From: Eledone cirrhosa
Lineage: Eukaryota
Assembly (NCBI GenBank): GCA_964016885.1
Contig: OZ024740.1
Span: 68,758,001 to 68,822,000 of the forward strand
Direction: 5' to 3'
Length of the DNA stretch: 64,000 nucleotides
A program made the position numbers and the translations under genes. The notes under the pieces are model-generated. The model did not search any database and was not told the origin of the DNA. It worked only from the letters and a program-made list of their open reading frames with translations. Below, one piece after another: positions 1 through 13,509 of this stretch (within the stretch, counting starts at the first letter, position 1; the number at the start of each line of letters is the position of its first letter).

Positions 1-1760
1 AGCAAAGACAAATAAGGTAATTTTGTAGAGACGACACTACATATATTGCTAATTCTTTTATGTAAAACTGGAATATATTTTGAGTTGAATTAAGTTTGTT
101 GATGTGCATAACACGTCTAAACAATAGATAAATCGTAACCAACTCTGAATAAGAATGGCTGGTCCCTCGATTGATTGACCACAATTTCATCTGTCTTGTG
201 CTTTTGTTCACGATATTAAAACTCACTCTTAAACATTATATCTACTTAAAGCAATGGCTGAGAGTTTATAACATATTTCCTCCATGTATCTCAGTTATTT
301 ATCGTTGCATTTAATTCTCTTAATAATTGATATAGCGACCGTATTAGGATCCGTTCTCTCCATATACGATTTGGCTTCCCTGTCCAAATATCATACCAAC
401 TACACACATTTTTGATAGACCAGATGTTGAACGTTTAATGAGTTGTTCATAAAATGATTAAAAATGTGTTATTTGCTGGTCATTTTCATAGATGTGTTAT
501 TTTAACTCTGTCAGTAAATTGTTTTCCAGTAATAAATCTCATTACAAAGTTACTGAAAAAATACGATCAAATTTTGAAACTATATTTACAGAGCAAGTGA
601 TACCATATTTTGTAAGCAAACTTTTGAAGTTCATCTTAAAATGGTAACTCTCGGGAAAATGAATTTTAACTTAGTTTACAAACTAACGGAACACATACTA
701 TTTTATACTGATCTTGTTGTTTACTACATTAATATTAAAATGTACCTTACAGATGTCGAACTTATATCCCCCGAGATATTTGGGAGTAAAGTCGTTTGGT
801 AATGCAAGCAATATATTGGAATATGTGAGGTATGGAATGTGAACAATTCGTTTATAACCAGACACTATATTCTTCTTCCTGCATTTATTTTACAGGAAAC
901 ATGTATTCAGTGTAATACATGAACTACTTTGCTTTCATCTAAAATGTTTGTTATCTGCCGATCTTCACTGTGCGCTTAGTATTGTATCGATTTAGGAGGC
1001 GGATATCCTCCCCAGACGGTTGATATGATCTCATCTCAGGGATAATAAACATTTCTTTTTGTAATAATTCAAATTGAAGCGAAGTTTCCATAGAAACCTT
1101 CAAAAATCATAACGTAAGATTTTTCTTGTATGTTTACTAATATTTAACATAGAATACAATGCGGTTAATGTATGCTAGAAAATATTTAGCAGTATATCAG
1201 CTCCTATGAAGAAATGTCGTTTGATGTCCTGTGACTCTAATCGGAAAATACTTTCTTTCCACAGAGTGAACTTTCAAAGTATTGTTGTAGACACTAAGAT
1301 ATATTTTCTTTTCATTTATCTTATGTATAATAAATACATAATTTATAGATATATACATATATACATTCACATACATGTATATATGCATACAAATACATAC
1401 AAATAAATATACGTACAACACACATGTATATATATATATATATTTTCGAATTGGTGCTCTGAAATAGCGATCTATATATATGTGAATGTATATATAGTGT
1501 ATTTTGCAATACACTGAATGCTTAATTAAAAGCATTTTGAAGACCTTATGCTATTGTTTTAAAGTAGTGACTATGTCACTTACTTCTTTTTTAACAAGGA
1601 AAGGGAAATAAGCTGATAGATCTCTGTTTCATACTGTTGGTATTCCCCAGAGCTTTGCATTCCAGTTGTTTGTTGAAAATTATGAATGTTTGAAACACAG
1701 ATCTGTCCGCTTATCTCCCTTTGTTTGTTGAAAATCAGAAGTGACATAGTGTTATATATA

Positions 1761-1988
1761 TAGAAGTAGTTCCACAACAGTTAGTTCACCATAACGAGAA
1801 CAAATGTATCACCTTATGCGGAGCTTCAGCTCGGTCTGAATGAGGTTATTTTTCAGACCGAGCTGAATATCCGCATAAGGTGAAACATTTGTTCTCGGTA
1901 TGGTGAATTAACTGTTGTGGAACTACTTCTACCAAACTCGTCCCATCGACTGATTGCTATCCTACTACAGATATACACTCCAGTGTTA
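1761..1988 (+). mobile_element. Palindromic pLTR-like relic with degenerate hammerhead motif in each arm
   Basis: Inverted repeat 1761-1931. The + arm reads CCGAG-CTGAATA-tccgcataaggt-GAAAC-ATTT-GTT-CTCGG (1858-1898). TA repeats flank both sides. Homologous to 9712-9897 and 57955-58030. Confidence 0.75.
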
Positions 1989-2094
1989 TATATATATATA
2001 TATACTGTTATATTTGGGGAGGGTCATATTGTTACAATATTGCCAGAAATAATAACAGAACAGACTCACTGTTTGTTTTGGGTTTGTTTTTGCT

Positions 2095-2128
<34 letters not shown>

Positions 2129-2810
2129 GCGTGTATGTGTGTGTGAGCGTATGTATATATATATTAATATAGATAGGCAGGAATAAATATCAATTGAGTA
2201 TCTTATACATTTTTCTTCACCCCTGGTGCCCTTTCTGCTGTCGATCAGCTCGAAGTTATAATTGCTCACGATCGGGCCTAGCTCTATAATTAATAGCTCA
2301 TTAGACTTTGAACATTGAAATATGGAGAGAAATCATTGTCATAGCATTATATATACGTGAAAAGCCCTCTCAGTACAAAGTCAGTTGTAGTATCAGATGC
2401 AGTGTTTAGTTTTGATAGATTGTGGTTCGATGGTGTTAATAATTATGTGCGACTGCAGCTACTACAATAACATAAACAAACACTTTACTAATAGAGATGT
2501 AAATGGATAAATGACAGTAATAATGAAATAATCGTAAATTGTGAAGAAAGAAAATTGTACATGATAAATAACGAGAATTTATAAAATATGAGAAAAAAGA
2601 TAAAGTCTGCAATTATTGTTCTTTATTAGTCTAATAATAGTATGATAAACAAATGTGTTTCTATATTTTATATGTGAATATTCTGAGGTCAGAGGAGTTG
2701 TATATTTATGTTAAATTCAAGAAATCTAGGTCGTTTTCGAGTTACCAACACCGTCCAGCACTAGAGTACTGGTGGCACCAACAACAACAATAACATCATT
2801 AACATTAATA

Positions 2811-3000
2811 ATTGTTTCTACTTTTGGAACAAGGCCAGCAATTATCCCAGTGTATTACTGGTACTTTATTTTTTCAAGCCCATAATGATGAAAGGCCAAG
2901 TTGACCTAGGCGGGATTTGAACATAGAACATAAAGGGCCGTAACTCTTTGCTGCAAAGCATGGCGTCCGACCCTCTACCGATATTGCCAATCCACCGCCC
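2811..3000 (-). mobile_element. tRNA-derived SINE (dispersed family)
   Basis: Minus strand has a tRNA-like head (GGCGGTGGATTGGCAATATCGGTAGAG...GTTCAAATCCCG), a central CCTTTCATC...AATAAAGTACCAG block and an (ATT)n-like tail. Copies at ~19795, 21779, 22893, 40248 and 50197-50910. Confidence 0.8.
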
Positions 3001-3171
3001 TTCATTAGCATTAATAATGATAATAACAACAAAATACATTCACAGCTGTGACAACCGGCGATGACACAATGAAGTGTATTACATCGATATCCTTATCTAC
3101 TATACGACATTGAGTGTGTAAGCTGAATGTTACACAACAAGGATATATATATATATATATATTTATATATA

Positions 3172-3266
<95 letters not shown>

Positions 3267-3269
<3 letters not shown>

Positions 3270-4083
3270 GAAGGATTTGAATGGATACAGTTCAGTAAAG
3301 GGAATTTATTGACACGTGTTTCAATAACAGTTAATAACCCGAAAACAGCTGCTATCTACAAAGTATTAATTATGCAGACATTCAATATGTCAATGTTATT
3401 TTCAACTACCATTTCATCAGAATAATATCATTGAGAACTTGTTTGGTTTTTATAGAGAATATTAAGAGGGAGGAGTGAAGTTGTTAGAAGAATAGTTAAG
3501 GGAGTTGATAGAAATGTTTGATAGCATTGGGTAATTAAATTCCCATCTGTTATTTTGTTAGTTGAGTTTGACATTTGTATAGAATATTCATTAATTGGCG
3601 TTGGTTGTATTGGTTATTTTTCTAAATCTATAGAAGGATCAGAGATAGTAAAGATATGCATGGTTGGTTTTGTGATTGCACTTAATTGACATACAGACTT
3701 AATTTTTCTTCCAAGTGTACGTATCCATTCGCCCACACATAAATATATGCGTATATATACTTATTTTTTTAAAAAACATACACATTCACACACATACATA
3801 TATGTACACCTCTACAAATACATACACTCACATACACATACTTACATGCTCACACTTACATACATATATACCTGTACATATATGTATATATATATATATA
3901 TATATACATATATATATGCACATACATACGCATTCATATATATACACTTTCATACTCTACTTATCTTCATATACACACAGATAGACACACACATATATAC
4001 ATACATACTCTTGTCCATGTGTATATATATATATATATAAATACACATATACATAACATACATACATTTAATTATACACATCA

Positions 4084-4118
<35 letters not shown>

Positions 4119-4605
4119 TCATCCACTTATTTACTTATTTATATACATTTTCATATATATACATACATATGGTCGCTTTTAGACACATTCATTATAGCAT
4201 ATTCGCACCTATTCTCACCAGCATATTTATCCATTATTAGTGTGATAATTTAAGGTTATTAATAGTACATATATATGTTGAGAAGAGATTGCTTTTATAT
4301 TTTTCTAACTAGATTGAGGATTTGTATAGTTGGGAGCATGTCCCTCGTTTATGTAATATTCAGCTTGTAGTGGGGAAAAAAGGGTTTTAGTTCGGTGACG
4401 GCAGAATAATGTTCGTTCAATTCTGTTATTAAGCAATTTCTTCTTTTGTGTGATTATCTAATAAATCTCAAGATTACATAATTTGCAGAAATGTTGGCTC
4501 CTGGGTTTTCACTAATTTCTCCCATTTTAGGGTAAACTTTTGATTGCTATCCCTGAGCGTCCAAGCTTTTTCTGCTAAAGTTGTTACATTTACAGTAAGA
4601 ATGCC
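3267..4605 (-). mobile_element. Inverted 5'-truncated copy of the Penelope-like element 3' region
   Basis: Reverse complement aligns by eye with ~6997-8375 (end of GIY-YIG ORF, 3'UTR, pLTR). Bounded on the left by (TA)n. Confidence 0.9.
3306..3425 (-). ncRNA. Type I hammerhead ribozyme (inverted pLTR copy)
   Basis: TTATT-CTGATGA-long stem II-GAAAC-ACGT-GTC-AATAA on the minus strand. Confidence 0.8.
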
Positions 4606-4624
4606 AAACAAGTTCTCAATGATA

Positions 4625-4746
4625 TTATTCTGATGAAATTGTAGTTGAAAGTAACATTGAAATATTGAATGTCTGCATAATTAATACATAATTAGATAGC
4701 AGCTGTTTTCAGGTTATTTAACTGTTATTGAAACACGTGTCAATAA
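4625..4746 (+). ncRNA. Type I hammerhead ribozyme in 5' pLTR
   Basis: Stem I TTATT/AATAA, core CTGATGA (4630-4636), stem II of ~93 nt, GAAAC-ACGT-GTC (4730-4741). Confidence 0.82.
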
Positions 4747-4948
4747 ATTCCTTTTACTGAACTGTATCCATTTAAATCCTTCTATTTTCTCCGGATTACT
4801 TTTGAAACTACAACTGGAACCGTCGATCAAACCCTACGTGAGCTGTCCATCTACTGTGTATAATATTCATATTACAACACTACGGATAATACTATATATT
4901 TACCTCCTGTAAAGTTGAGCCACCCACTCAGCAAACGTAACCACAACA

Positions 4949-7272
4949 ATGGAAAAGCACTACCTGGATATGTCACTTAAAAACATACCAACCCAAGGTA
5001 AAAAGGAATACTTATTGAGTATGATACAAAAAACAAACGAATTCATTCGACGTGTCAGGTGGAAAACGCTCCACTATGATAGAAGCCGTATGAACTCACC
5101 ATCAGAAAGTGGTGTAAACAACAAATTTGGTTTTAGAACGTGTAAAAACCCACCCACTAACCCACTATTAGATGCATTTGAGCAGGACCTTATGGACTTA
5201 ATCCTTAAAATTAAATTCAAAGGACGTAACACCAACAACAAACTGCAGATAGATATTAAAAAAACTACTGGACGACCTTAAAAACACCAAAGGAATTGTA
5301 GTAAAAGCGGACAAAACATCTAACCTGTACACTATGGACTGCACTACATATAAAAACTTCATTCGAAAAGAATTACATAAAAAATATAGAAAAACGAGTG
5401 AAGTAACCCTTAAGCACACCAATGATGAGGCATGTGAAATAGTGAAAAATCTCGGAATCGAAGATAGGACAGGACAACTCTTACCGGCGGTACGCACCTT
5501 CAATCTTAAGGACCATAAGGTAAACTTTGATAATGACCCTAAAATTAGACTAATCTGCACCTCTAAATCAGATATAGGTAAAATAAGCAAATATATCTTA
5601 GATAGAATGATCCCCCAAATTAAGGCTAAGGTTAACATTAAACTCTGGGGAAAGAGCCAAGAAGCAATAAGATGGTTTAATAGCATTAGCAATAAGAATA
5701 AATCTAAGTTTATCCAGTTCGATAGCGATCAATATTACTCATCGATATCACCTGAAACTCTGAATGGAGCCTTTGAGTTTGCTAAGGATAACTCTGACCT
5801 TACAAACCAAGAAATTAAGATTATATTAGAAGCTAGGAAAACTATAGTCAAATTTGAGAACAGTTATTGGGTTCGTAAAGATAGACCCTCCAACTTTGCC
5901 ATAACAATGGGCTCCAACGATTCGGCGGAAATAACCGATATTGTGGGGTTATTTATCGCCTTTAGACTCCAGGAAAAATTCAGTAATCTCCACGGTGGAA
6001 TCTACCGCGATGATGCTCTCCTCCTAGTTAAAAACCTAAGTAACCAAAAACTAGAAAAACTACGCAAATATATAAGAAAACTACTACTTGAAATAGGACT
6101 AACTATAATATATGAACACAACCTTAAAGTAGTTAACTTCCTGGATGTCACACTCAATTTAAACTCTGGTCTAATTAAACCGTTTCATGAATTGAATGAA
6201 AATCTCAAGTACGTGAATGTTGGGTCTAACCACCCCATTTTTATAATTAAATCTATCCCTAAAAATATTTCCCTCAGAATCTCGGGTCTATCTTCTAACA
6301 TACACGTACTTAAGGAACACGCCGAGTACTACGATAACGCCCTTAGTAAAGCAGGCTACCTCAACAAAATAGAATATATAGATTAAAACAATAAAAACAC
6401 CCAAAATAAATCCCACATAGGTAGAAATAATAACACAACACCAAACCAGACTTACTACCATAGTGTACACACCAATAAACCAAAAAACAAAACTAATAGA
6501 AAGCGATGCAAAGAGTACTTATGGTATAACCCAGAATACAATAGTTCCATTAGTACAAATTTTTCAGTACTCTTCTTTAAAATAGTTAAGAAACATTTTC
6601 CTACATCACACAAATACCACACAATCCTAAACCCTACCACTATAAGACTGTCATACTCTACAGCGTTAAACCTTGAACAACACATAAAAAAGATTAATAC
6701 TAGAAGGTTAAACGAAAACACTAAAAACTTAAGTACAAAGAGCACAAAAAAATCAGTAGACAATACACTACAGAACATAAATAAACCACACCTAAGTTCG
6801 TCCGCAATACTACTCCAGAATGAACCTAACTACAAAACCAACGTACACAACTGTAACTGCACCTATCCTGACAATTGCCCCCTTGGCAATAACTGCCTTG
6901 AAAAAAATATCATCTATAAGTGTACCATTGAATCCGGAGGCAACGAGTGGTATTACGTAGGATCAACGGCAACATCGTTTAAATCTCGATTATATAGGCA
7001 TTCTTACTCAATAAAACACCAGAGCCAAAGAAATGTAACAATTTTAGCAGAAAAAGCTTGGACGCTCAGGGATAGCAATCAAAAGTTTACCCTAAAATGG
7101 GAGAAATTAGCAAAATCCCTATGCTTTTCCAGGAGCCAAAAATTTCTGCAAATTATGTAATCTTGAGATTTATTACATAATCATACACAAGAAGAAATTG
7201 CTTAATAACAGAATTGAACGAACATTATTCTGCCGTCACCGAACTAAAACTCTTTTTCCCACTACAAGCTGA
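4949..7272 (+). pseudogene. Penelope-like RT + GIY-YIG endonuclease ORF, disrupted
   Basis: Motifs in order: SLKNIP..FIRRVRWK, KADK (after a frameshift at the A-run ~5260), MGS, YRDD, FLDVTL, SNHP. An in-frame TAA at 6384 is followed by WYNPEY, CNC..CPL..CL..NIIY..YYVG (GIY-YIG). A second frameshift near 7120 precedes CKLC..CRH. Confidence 0.92.
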
Positions 7273-7585
7273 ATATTACATAAACGAGGGACATCCTCCC
7301 AACTAGACAAATCCTCAATCTAGTTAGAAAAATATAAAAACAATCTCTTCTCAACATATATATGTACTATTAATAACCTTAAATTATCACACTAATAATG
7401 GATAAATATGCTGGTGAGAATAGGTGCGAATATGCTATAATGAATGTGTCTAAAAGCGACCATATGTCTGTATATATGTGAAAATGTATATAAATAAGTA
7501 AATAAGTGGGTGAGTGTATATATGTATATATATATATATATGTTTGATGTGTATAATTAAATGTATGTGTGTTCATGTATATGTG

Positions 7586-7630
<45 letters not shown>

Positions 7631-8217
7631 ACACACATGGACAAGAGTATGTATGTATATATGTGTGTGTCTATATGTGTGTATATGAAGATAAGTAGAG
7701 TATGAAAGTGTATATAGATGAATGCGTATGTATGTACATATATATATGTATATATATATATATATGTACAGGTATATATGTATGTAAGTATGAGCATGTA
7801 AGGATGTGTATGTGAGTGTATGTATTTGTAGAGGTGTACATATATGTATGTTTGTGAATGTGTATGTTTTTAAAAAAATAAGTATATATACGCATATATT
7901 TATGTGTGGGCGAACGGATACGTACACTTGAAAGAAAAATTTAAGTCTGTATTTGAATTAAGTGCAAACACAACACCAACCATGCATATCTTTACTATCT
8001 CTAATCCTTCTATAGATTTAGAAAAATAACCAATACAACCAACGCCAAATAATGATTATTCTATAAAAATGTCAAACTCAACTAACAAAATAACAGATGT
8101 GAATCTAATTACCCACTGCTATCAAAAATTTATATCCACTCCCTTAACTATTCTTCTAACAACTTCTCTCCTCCCTCTTAATATTCTCTATAAAAACCTA
8201 ACAAGTTCTCAATGATA

Positions 8218-8338
8218 TTATTCTGATGAAATGGTAGTTGAAAATAACATTGAAATATTGAATGCCTGCATAATTAATACTTTGTAGATAGCAGCTGTTT
8301 TCAGGTCATTTAACTGTTATTGAAACACGTGTCAATGA
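8218..8338 (+). ncRNA. Type I hammerhead ribozyme in 3' pLTR
   Basis: TTATT-CTGATGA...GAAAC-ACGT-GTC-AATGA. Confidence 0.8.
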
Positions 8339-8481
8339 ATTCTTTTTACTAAACTGCATCCATCTAAATATTTTTATTTTCTCCGGATTACTTTTGAAAC
8401 TACAACTGGAACCGTCGAGCAAACCCTACGTGAGCTGTCCATCTACTGTGTATAATATTCATATTACAACACTACGGATAA

Positions 8482-8519
<38 letters not shown>

Positions 8520-8520
8520 T

Positions 8521-8581
<61 letters not shown>

Positions 8582-8590
8582 ATATGTGTT

Positions 8591-8631
<41 letters not shown>

Positions 8632-9149
8632 GTAAAGTCGAACATCTTTTTCGGTAATTGCACATTGACAATGTACTAGTGAAAGCGACTGAGTCGTATA
8701 GTGTATAAGTTTCAGTTAATATTACCTTGAGAAGCATACCTAACAGCATGGTTACGGATATAGATGTAAAAATTCATACGAAAGAGAGGATGGGAAGGAA
8801 TGAACTTGTCGCAAGGTGTTAAATACCAATTCTTAAAGTCAATACAGTTTTTTTGCGAACCTGAAAGAAACAATGCAATATTACCATTATTAGTTAAAAG
8901 CATCATTAAGACGAAAGTTTCTCTTCAGTATCAGCATCTTAGTATTTGCCCGTTCCTCCAGTCGTCAGCAACGCAGTCATAGTTCCATATGTGAAAGCAT
9001 GTACGCTATAACAACTAAGTGAATAGATAAATCAGCTCACAGGAATGTTTAAAATAACTCCATGTTTGGCCTATAAGCCAGCTCAAATAAAGTTATAAAT
9101 ATTAGGAGCAGAGGATCAGGAATAATTTCAATCAACACACAATAATGTA

Positions 9150-9435
<286 letters not shown>

Positions 9436-9643
9436 TTGCGAGGTTTTTTATATGAAATCGCGTGTCGAAACAGATATTGTTATATTTGGGGAGGGTCAGT
9501 CAATGGCAACATTGAGGACCGAGTAAGTTAGATCGCAGATATATATATATAAAAGACAGCGAGAAGCGAAAACCAACCAAACAGTGAGTGTGTTCTGTTA
9601 TTAATTCTGGCAATATTACGCAAATATGACCCTCCCCAAATAT

Positions 9644-9711
<68 letters not shown>

Positions 9712-9714
<3 letters not shown>

Positions 9715-9893
9715 GTGGTAGAACACTGGAACGTAATATCCGTAGTGGTAGAGCACTTAGTCCATTGGACGAGTTAGGTAGAAGTGGTTACACAACAGTT
9801 AGTTCAGCATACCGAGAACAATAGCGGATCCTCAGCTCGTAATCGGATTACGAGCTGAGGATCCGCTAAGGTAACACGATTGTTCTCGGTATA

Positions 9894-9897
<4 letters not shown>
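9712..9897 (-). mobile_element. Palindromic pLTR-like relic (same family as 1761)
   Basis: Fold-back centred near 9845 with CGAG-CTGAGGA-TCCG in both arms. TA flanks. Confidence 0.7.
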
Positions 9898-9938
<41 letters not shown>

Positions 9939-9994
9939 ATATTATAATGAAATGACAGGAGGCTGGACTTGTGTAAATCCTTGAAAGGTTTATT

Positions 9995-10052
9995 ATACTA
10001 TGATCATTTCCATGACCGGGTTCCGTATGAATTCGGTGATATCATCAGGTAT
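9995..10052 (-). ncRNA. Type I hammerhead ribozyme
   Basis: ATAC-CTGATGA-stem II-GAAA-TGATCA-TA-GTAT, followed by AATAAA. Confidence 0.7.
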
Positions 10053-11825
10053 TCGAAATATAATAAATGAATGTAATAGATTAAATCCATGGGGCTGAAA
10101 ATCAAAGACCGGAGGACGACCGCCATCCAGCATCTTCCACCTTTGCCGGTCGCCCTCGAGTGACGTGGCTAAAGCTTATAGTGTGCTACTACCGGCCAAA
10201 TAGAGGAAAACAGAAAGGGAGAGGAAGATAAGTCAGCGTTAATATCACGCCACAAGAAAAAAGAAGGGGGAAGGAAGAAAAGGAAGAAGAAAAAAGTCAG
10301 GGTTAATGTCCAGCTACAAGAAGAAAGACAGAAAGAAAGAGAAAGAAAGGTCGGTACTAAAGTCAGACTACAGTCAGGCCAGGAATGGCGCGAAAAAACA
10401 TTTTTCTAAGGGACCCGTATCTTAGCAGAGGTAAATATAGTGGGGGTCTGTATGTTATAATGTGTGAGCAGAAGATTGGAACGTTACATTTTTGTTTAGA
10501 CTTATAGGATGAAGTTAAAATATTAATATTTAATATTAACATTATAAAATTAAAGAAATTAGAAAATTGAAAGTTAAACAGTTTAACATTTTTAAGGTTG
10601 CGAGGTTTAAGCAAAGAAAGAGTATTTTATGAAGACACTTAAATTTTATTATAGAGTAAAGATTATGTCTTTGTTTAGCCGTCAAACAGCATGCGGCGAC
10701 TACAGGCTTGCGCAGCCCATCCACTCCGAGTGATATCGCCTAGCGAAAGATATGGAAATCAATTTTTCCGAGCACTCTAGGAATGTATAACAGGCTTCAG
10801 GACCCAGGGGCCCGGCGCGCAGCCGGTTTTTTGACCACCATATAGTACCTTTAAATTACAGATCTAATCATAACTATTAGATGTATCACGCCTCCCTAGA
10901 TGTATCAAGGCCTTCTATCCAACGTTCTAACAAATCTGCGAATTCGCTGCTTTATTGACCACATAACCTGCTGTAGATAATAAATTAATTGAACTCCTAC
11001 ATCTTCTTCTACCCATTGAATTATAGAAACATTCTCTGTTATCTACAAATGCAGATTCTTAATTTGAAAGTGTGTGGTTTTATTGTAAATAACTAGGGAA
11101 CAAAAATACTTCAATTAATTAAATCTTTTCAAAATCAAATTCTTCATTTTAGCAAATTTTTTTTTTTTTTGTTATATATTTACGTCCACTAAAATTATGT
11201 TATAGACGGATTGATTAAAACATAACATACAAAAGAAAATATTTCAGTCTGCATATTTACCGCATTCAACAGAGGACCGGATATCCGGAATATAGTGTGA
11301 ATCAACTCTCAGTGGGAGCTGCTCATTCACACTTTTAGAAATCGCATCCTGAAAATCTGATAATTCGAATAAACATAATGAACTACGGCAACATTAGGCA
11401 AATTCTGACATTCCTGTCATATCATTAAATGCAATATATATTTCTGCACTGAGTTAGTTCAATCATCTAAATCTGTATCCTCCCTCTGTTAGTTTGCTAT
11501 TATCATGCAGCAAATTAAGCGTCTATCATATGTAAATACTAACATTTTTGGCACGTTTTCAATATCGATTGTGTTACTATAGAACAAAAGGGTAAAACAT
11601 TTTAAAAGTGTGGTGTCACTTCAATTGTTATAATTTTGCGTTCTGAACATACTGACATATCACATGTTTTAGATAAGGTACACATTTATGTATGCATTTT
11701 TGTATGTATGTATGTATGTATGCATGTATGTATGTACGTATGTATGTGTGTTTCTGATGAGATGAGATGATGTATGTATGTAGGTGGGTATGTATGTATG
11801 TATGTTGGTGGGTATATATGTATGT

Positions 11826-13400
11826 CAGCCCATCGGCAGTGAAATACCACTAGCTCTTGTTAGAACATCATTCGACGCCTCATATGTTTGGATAACTGTC
11901 GAGAGAGTGGTATTGGTCTAGTGCAAGGCCTTTCATCATTTTAAAAACCTATGTTCAGAGAGTAGTATTTATCCAGTGCAAGGCTTTTCTTTACTTCGAA
12001 AAGCTTCAAAAACTGGCATCACTTTACCTAAAAGAACTTGCACGTGTGTTGCCGGAGCATGACCTTATATTTCTTTCGCTTCGGTATATGGATAAAGAAA
12101 TCTAATGCCTTGACAGAGCTGAAAATCATGTTCGTGGCACCTATATCTGAAAAAAAAAACTCAAGGGATAGCAATTCTCGAAGCTGAGATACAGCTATTG
12201 TATTTATATATTACATGTATATGTAATTTCAAAATACATATGGAGGCTTTAATTTAAAAGGTCCAATTTCAGGTAGAAAACATTCTAAGGATTGAGGGTT
12301 TGTTTCACACTTAAGTTGAAACGCAGCACATTATGGATCGATTTGCGTACAGCGTTTGGTTTTTAAATCAGCCTTCAGGTAACAGTTATGCTCCCACCTG
12401 CTCCAGACGAACTCTCTGTCAGAAAATAATTTTGGTATATGGTATTTGAATAGATGTAGTTGAGGCATTTTACTGAATGATGGTTTTCAAGGGGCAGAAA
12501 TACATCTACGCATTCAGAAAGAATATGTAGCCTTTTTGAACCACGTAAATAAGTTATGGAAGAATCGTGGCAGCTCTAGGAATGTCGGTATTTATGTTTA
12601 TATGAGTTGCTTAATAAATACTATTTTGTACGCTTCCGAAATGTGGAGGATACTCCATAGACAATATATGTGGCTGGAACGCGTTAATAAAAGGTGTTTG
12701 AGACGTATACTCAACATTAATTGGCAATATCAAATGCCCGTCACACAATACTTAGATATGTTGGGTGTACAAGCATTGAATCTGTCAACTTATCTTTACA
12801 AATGTGTTGGGAAGACCATGATCTATGCATAAAGCATGATAGACTCCCACAATCACTACTAAAGAGACTTCAGCACAACTCCCGCCCCCATCACCACCCG
12901 AAAGACACAAACTCTGCATAAAATAAACAAACATACAGGTATATAAATAGATATTTGCAACTGGGAAGTGCTAGATTTCGACAGGTTTAAATGGAAGAGT
13001 CATCTTAGGGAGTAGGCTGCCAAATTTCTAAAGAGACTGTGAAGCAGTTGTTCGACTATTCCTCACTAAATCTGGATATGTCACTTATTTAAGATGAAAG
13101 ACTAACTATATATATAATACTATCACTCCAGTGAAGATTATTTGGGTCATGTGCAGAAAATTAGCAAACAAATTTGTGGTTTTAAAATCATATATAACTG
13201 GCTACCAACAAATTGACACAATCAACCAATGGTGGAGGGACCACATATTTTGCCTGACTTTGTTGTTGCTGTTCATACAGGTCTGCAGCTGGAGAGAAAA
13301 GCAATCTGTAAAGTCATAGCCGAATGGTTTGTGGTGATAATCGTAATGGGCGTGCACAAAGCGACGGCAGTCGTCAGTGAAGTTAAAATAGTCCGAAGGT
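11826..13400 (+). mobile_element. Degenerate, internally deleted RTE-type LINE
   Basis: 12340-13020 encodes RTE C-terminal motifs (LYASEMW..CLRRILNINWQ, DRLPQSLL). (TATG)n on both sides. Confidence 0.55.
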
Positions 13401-13509
13401 TTTATGTGTATGTATGTATGTATGTATATATGTATGTATGTATGTTTTTATGTATGTATGTTTTTGTTATTGTTGTTTTTTAGTTTTTTAAATCTTTAAA
13501 TCTTTCATC

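Larger units (their letters stand above)
4606..8488 (+). mobile_element. Near-full-length Penelope-like element (Naiad-like) with direct pLTRs
   Basis: Direct repeats ~4606-4895 and ~8199-8488 flank an RT + GIY-YIG ORF. The 3' end abuts (TA)n. Confidence 0.92.

Noticed and set aside
60-1150. Possible very old PLE remnant (also ~37900-38300)
   Set aside because: Only faint motif resemblance, which cannot be supported without a profile search.
6384-6386. In-frame stop in the PLE ORF as a possible selenocysteine or readthrough site
   Set aside because: The codon is TAA, not TGA, and the ORF also has frameshifts, so decay is the simpler explanation.
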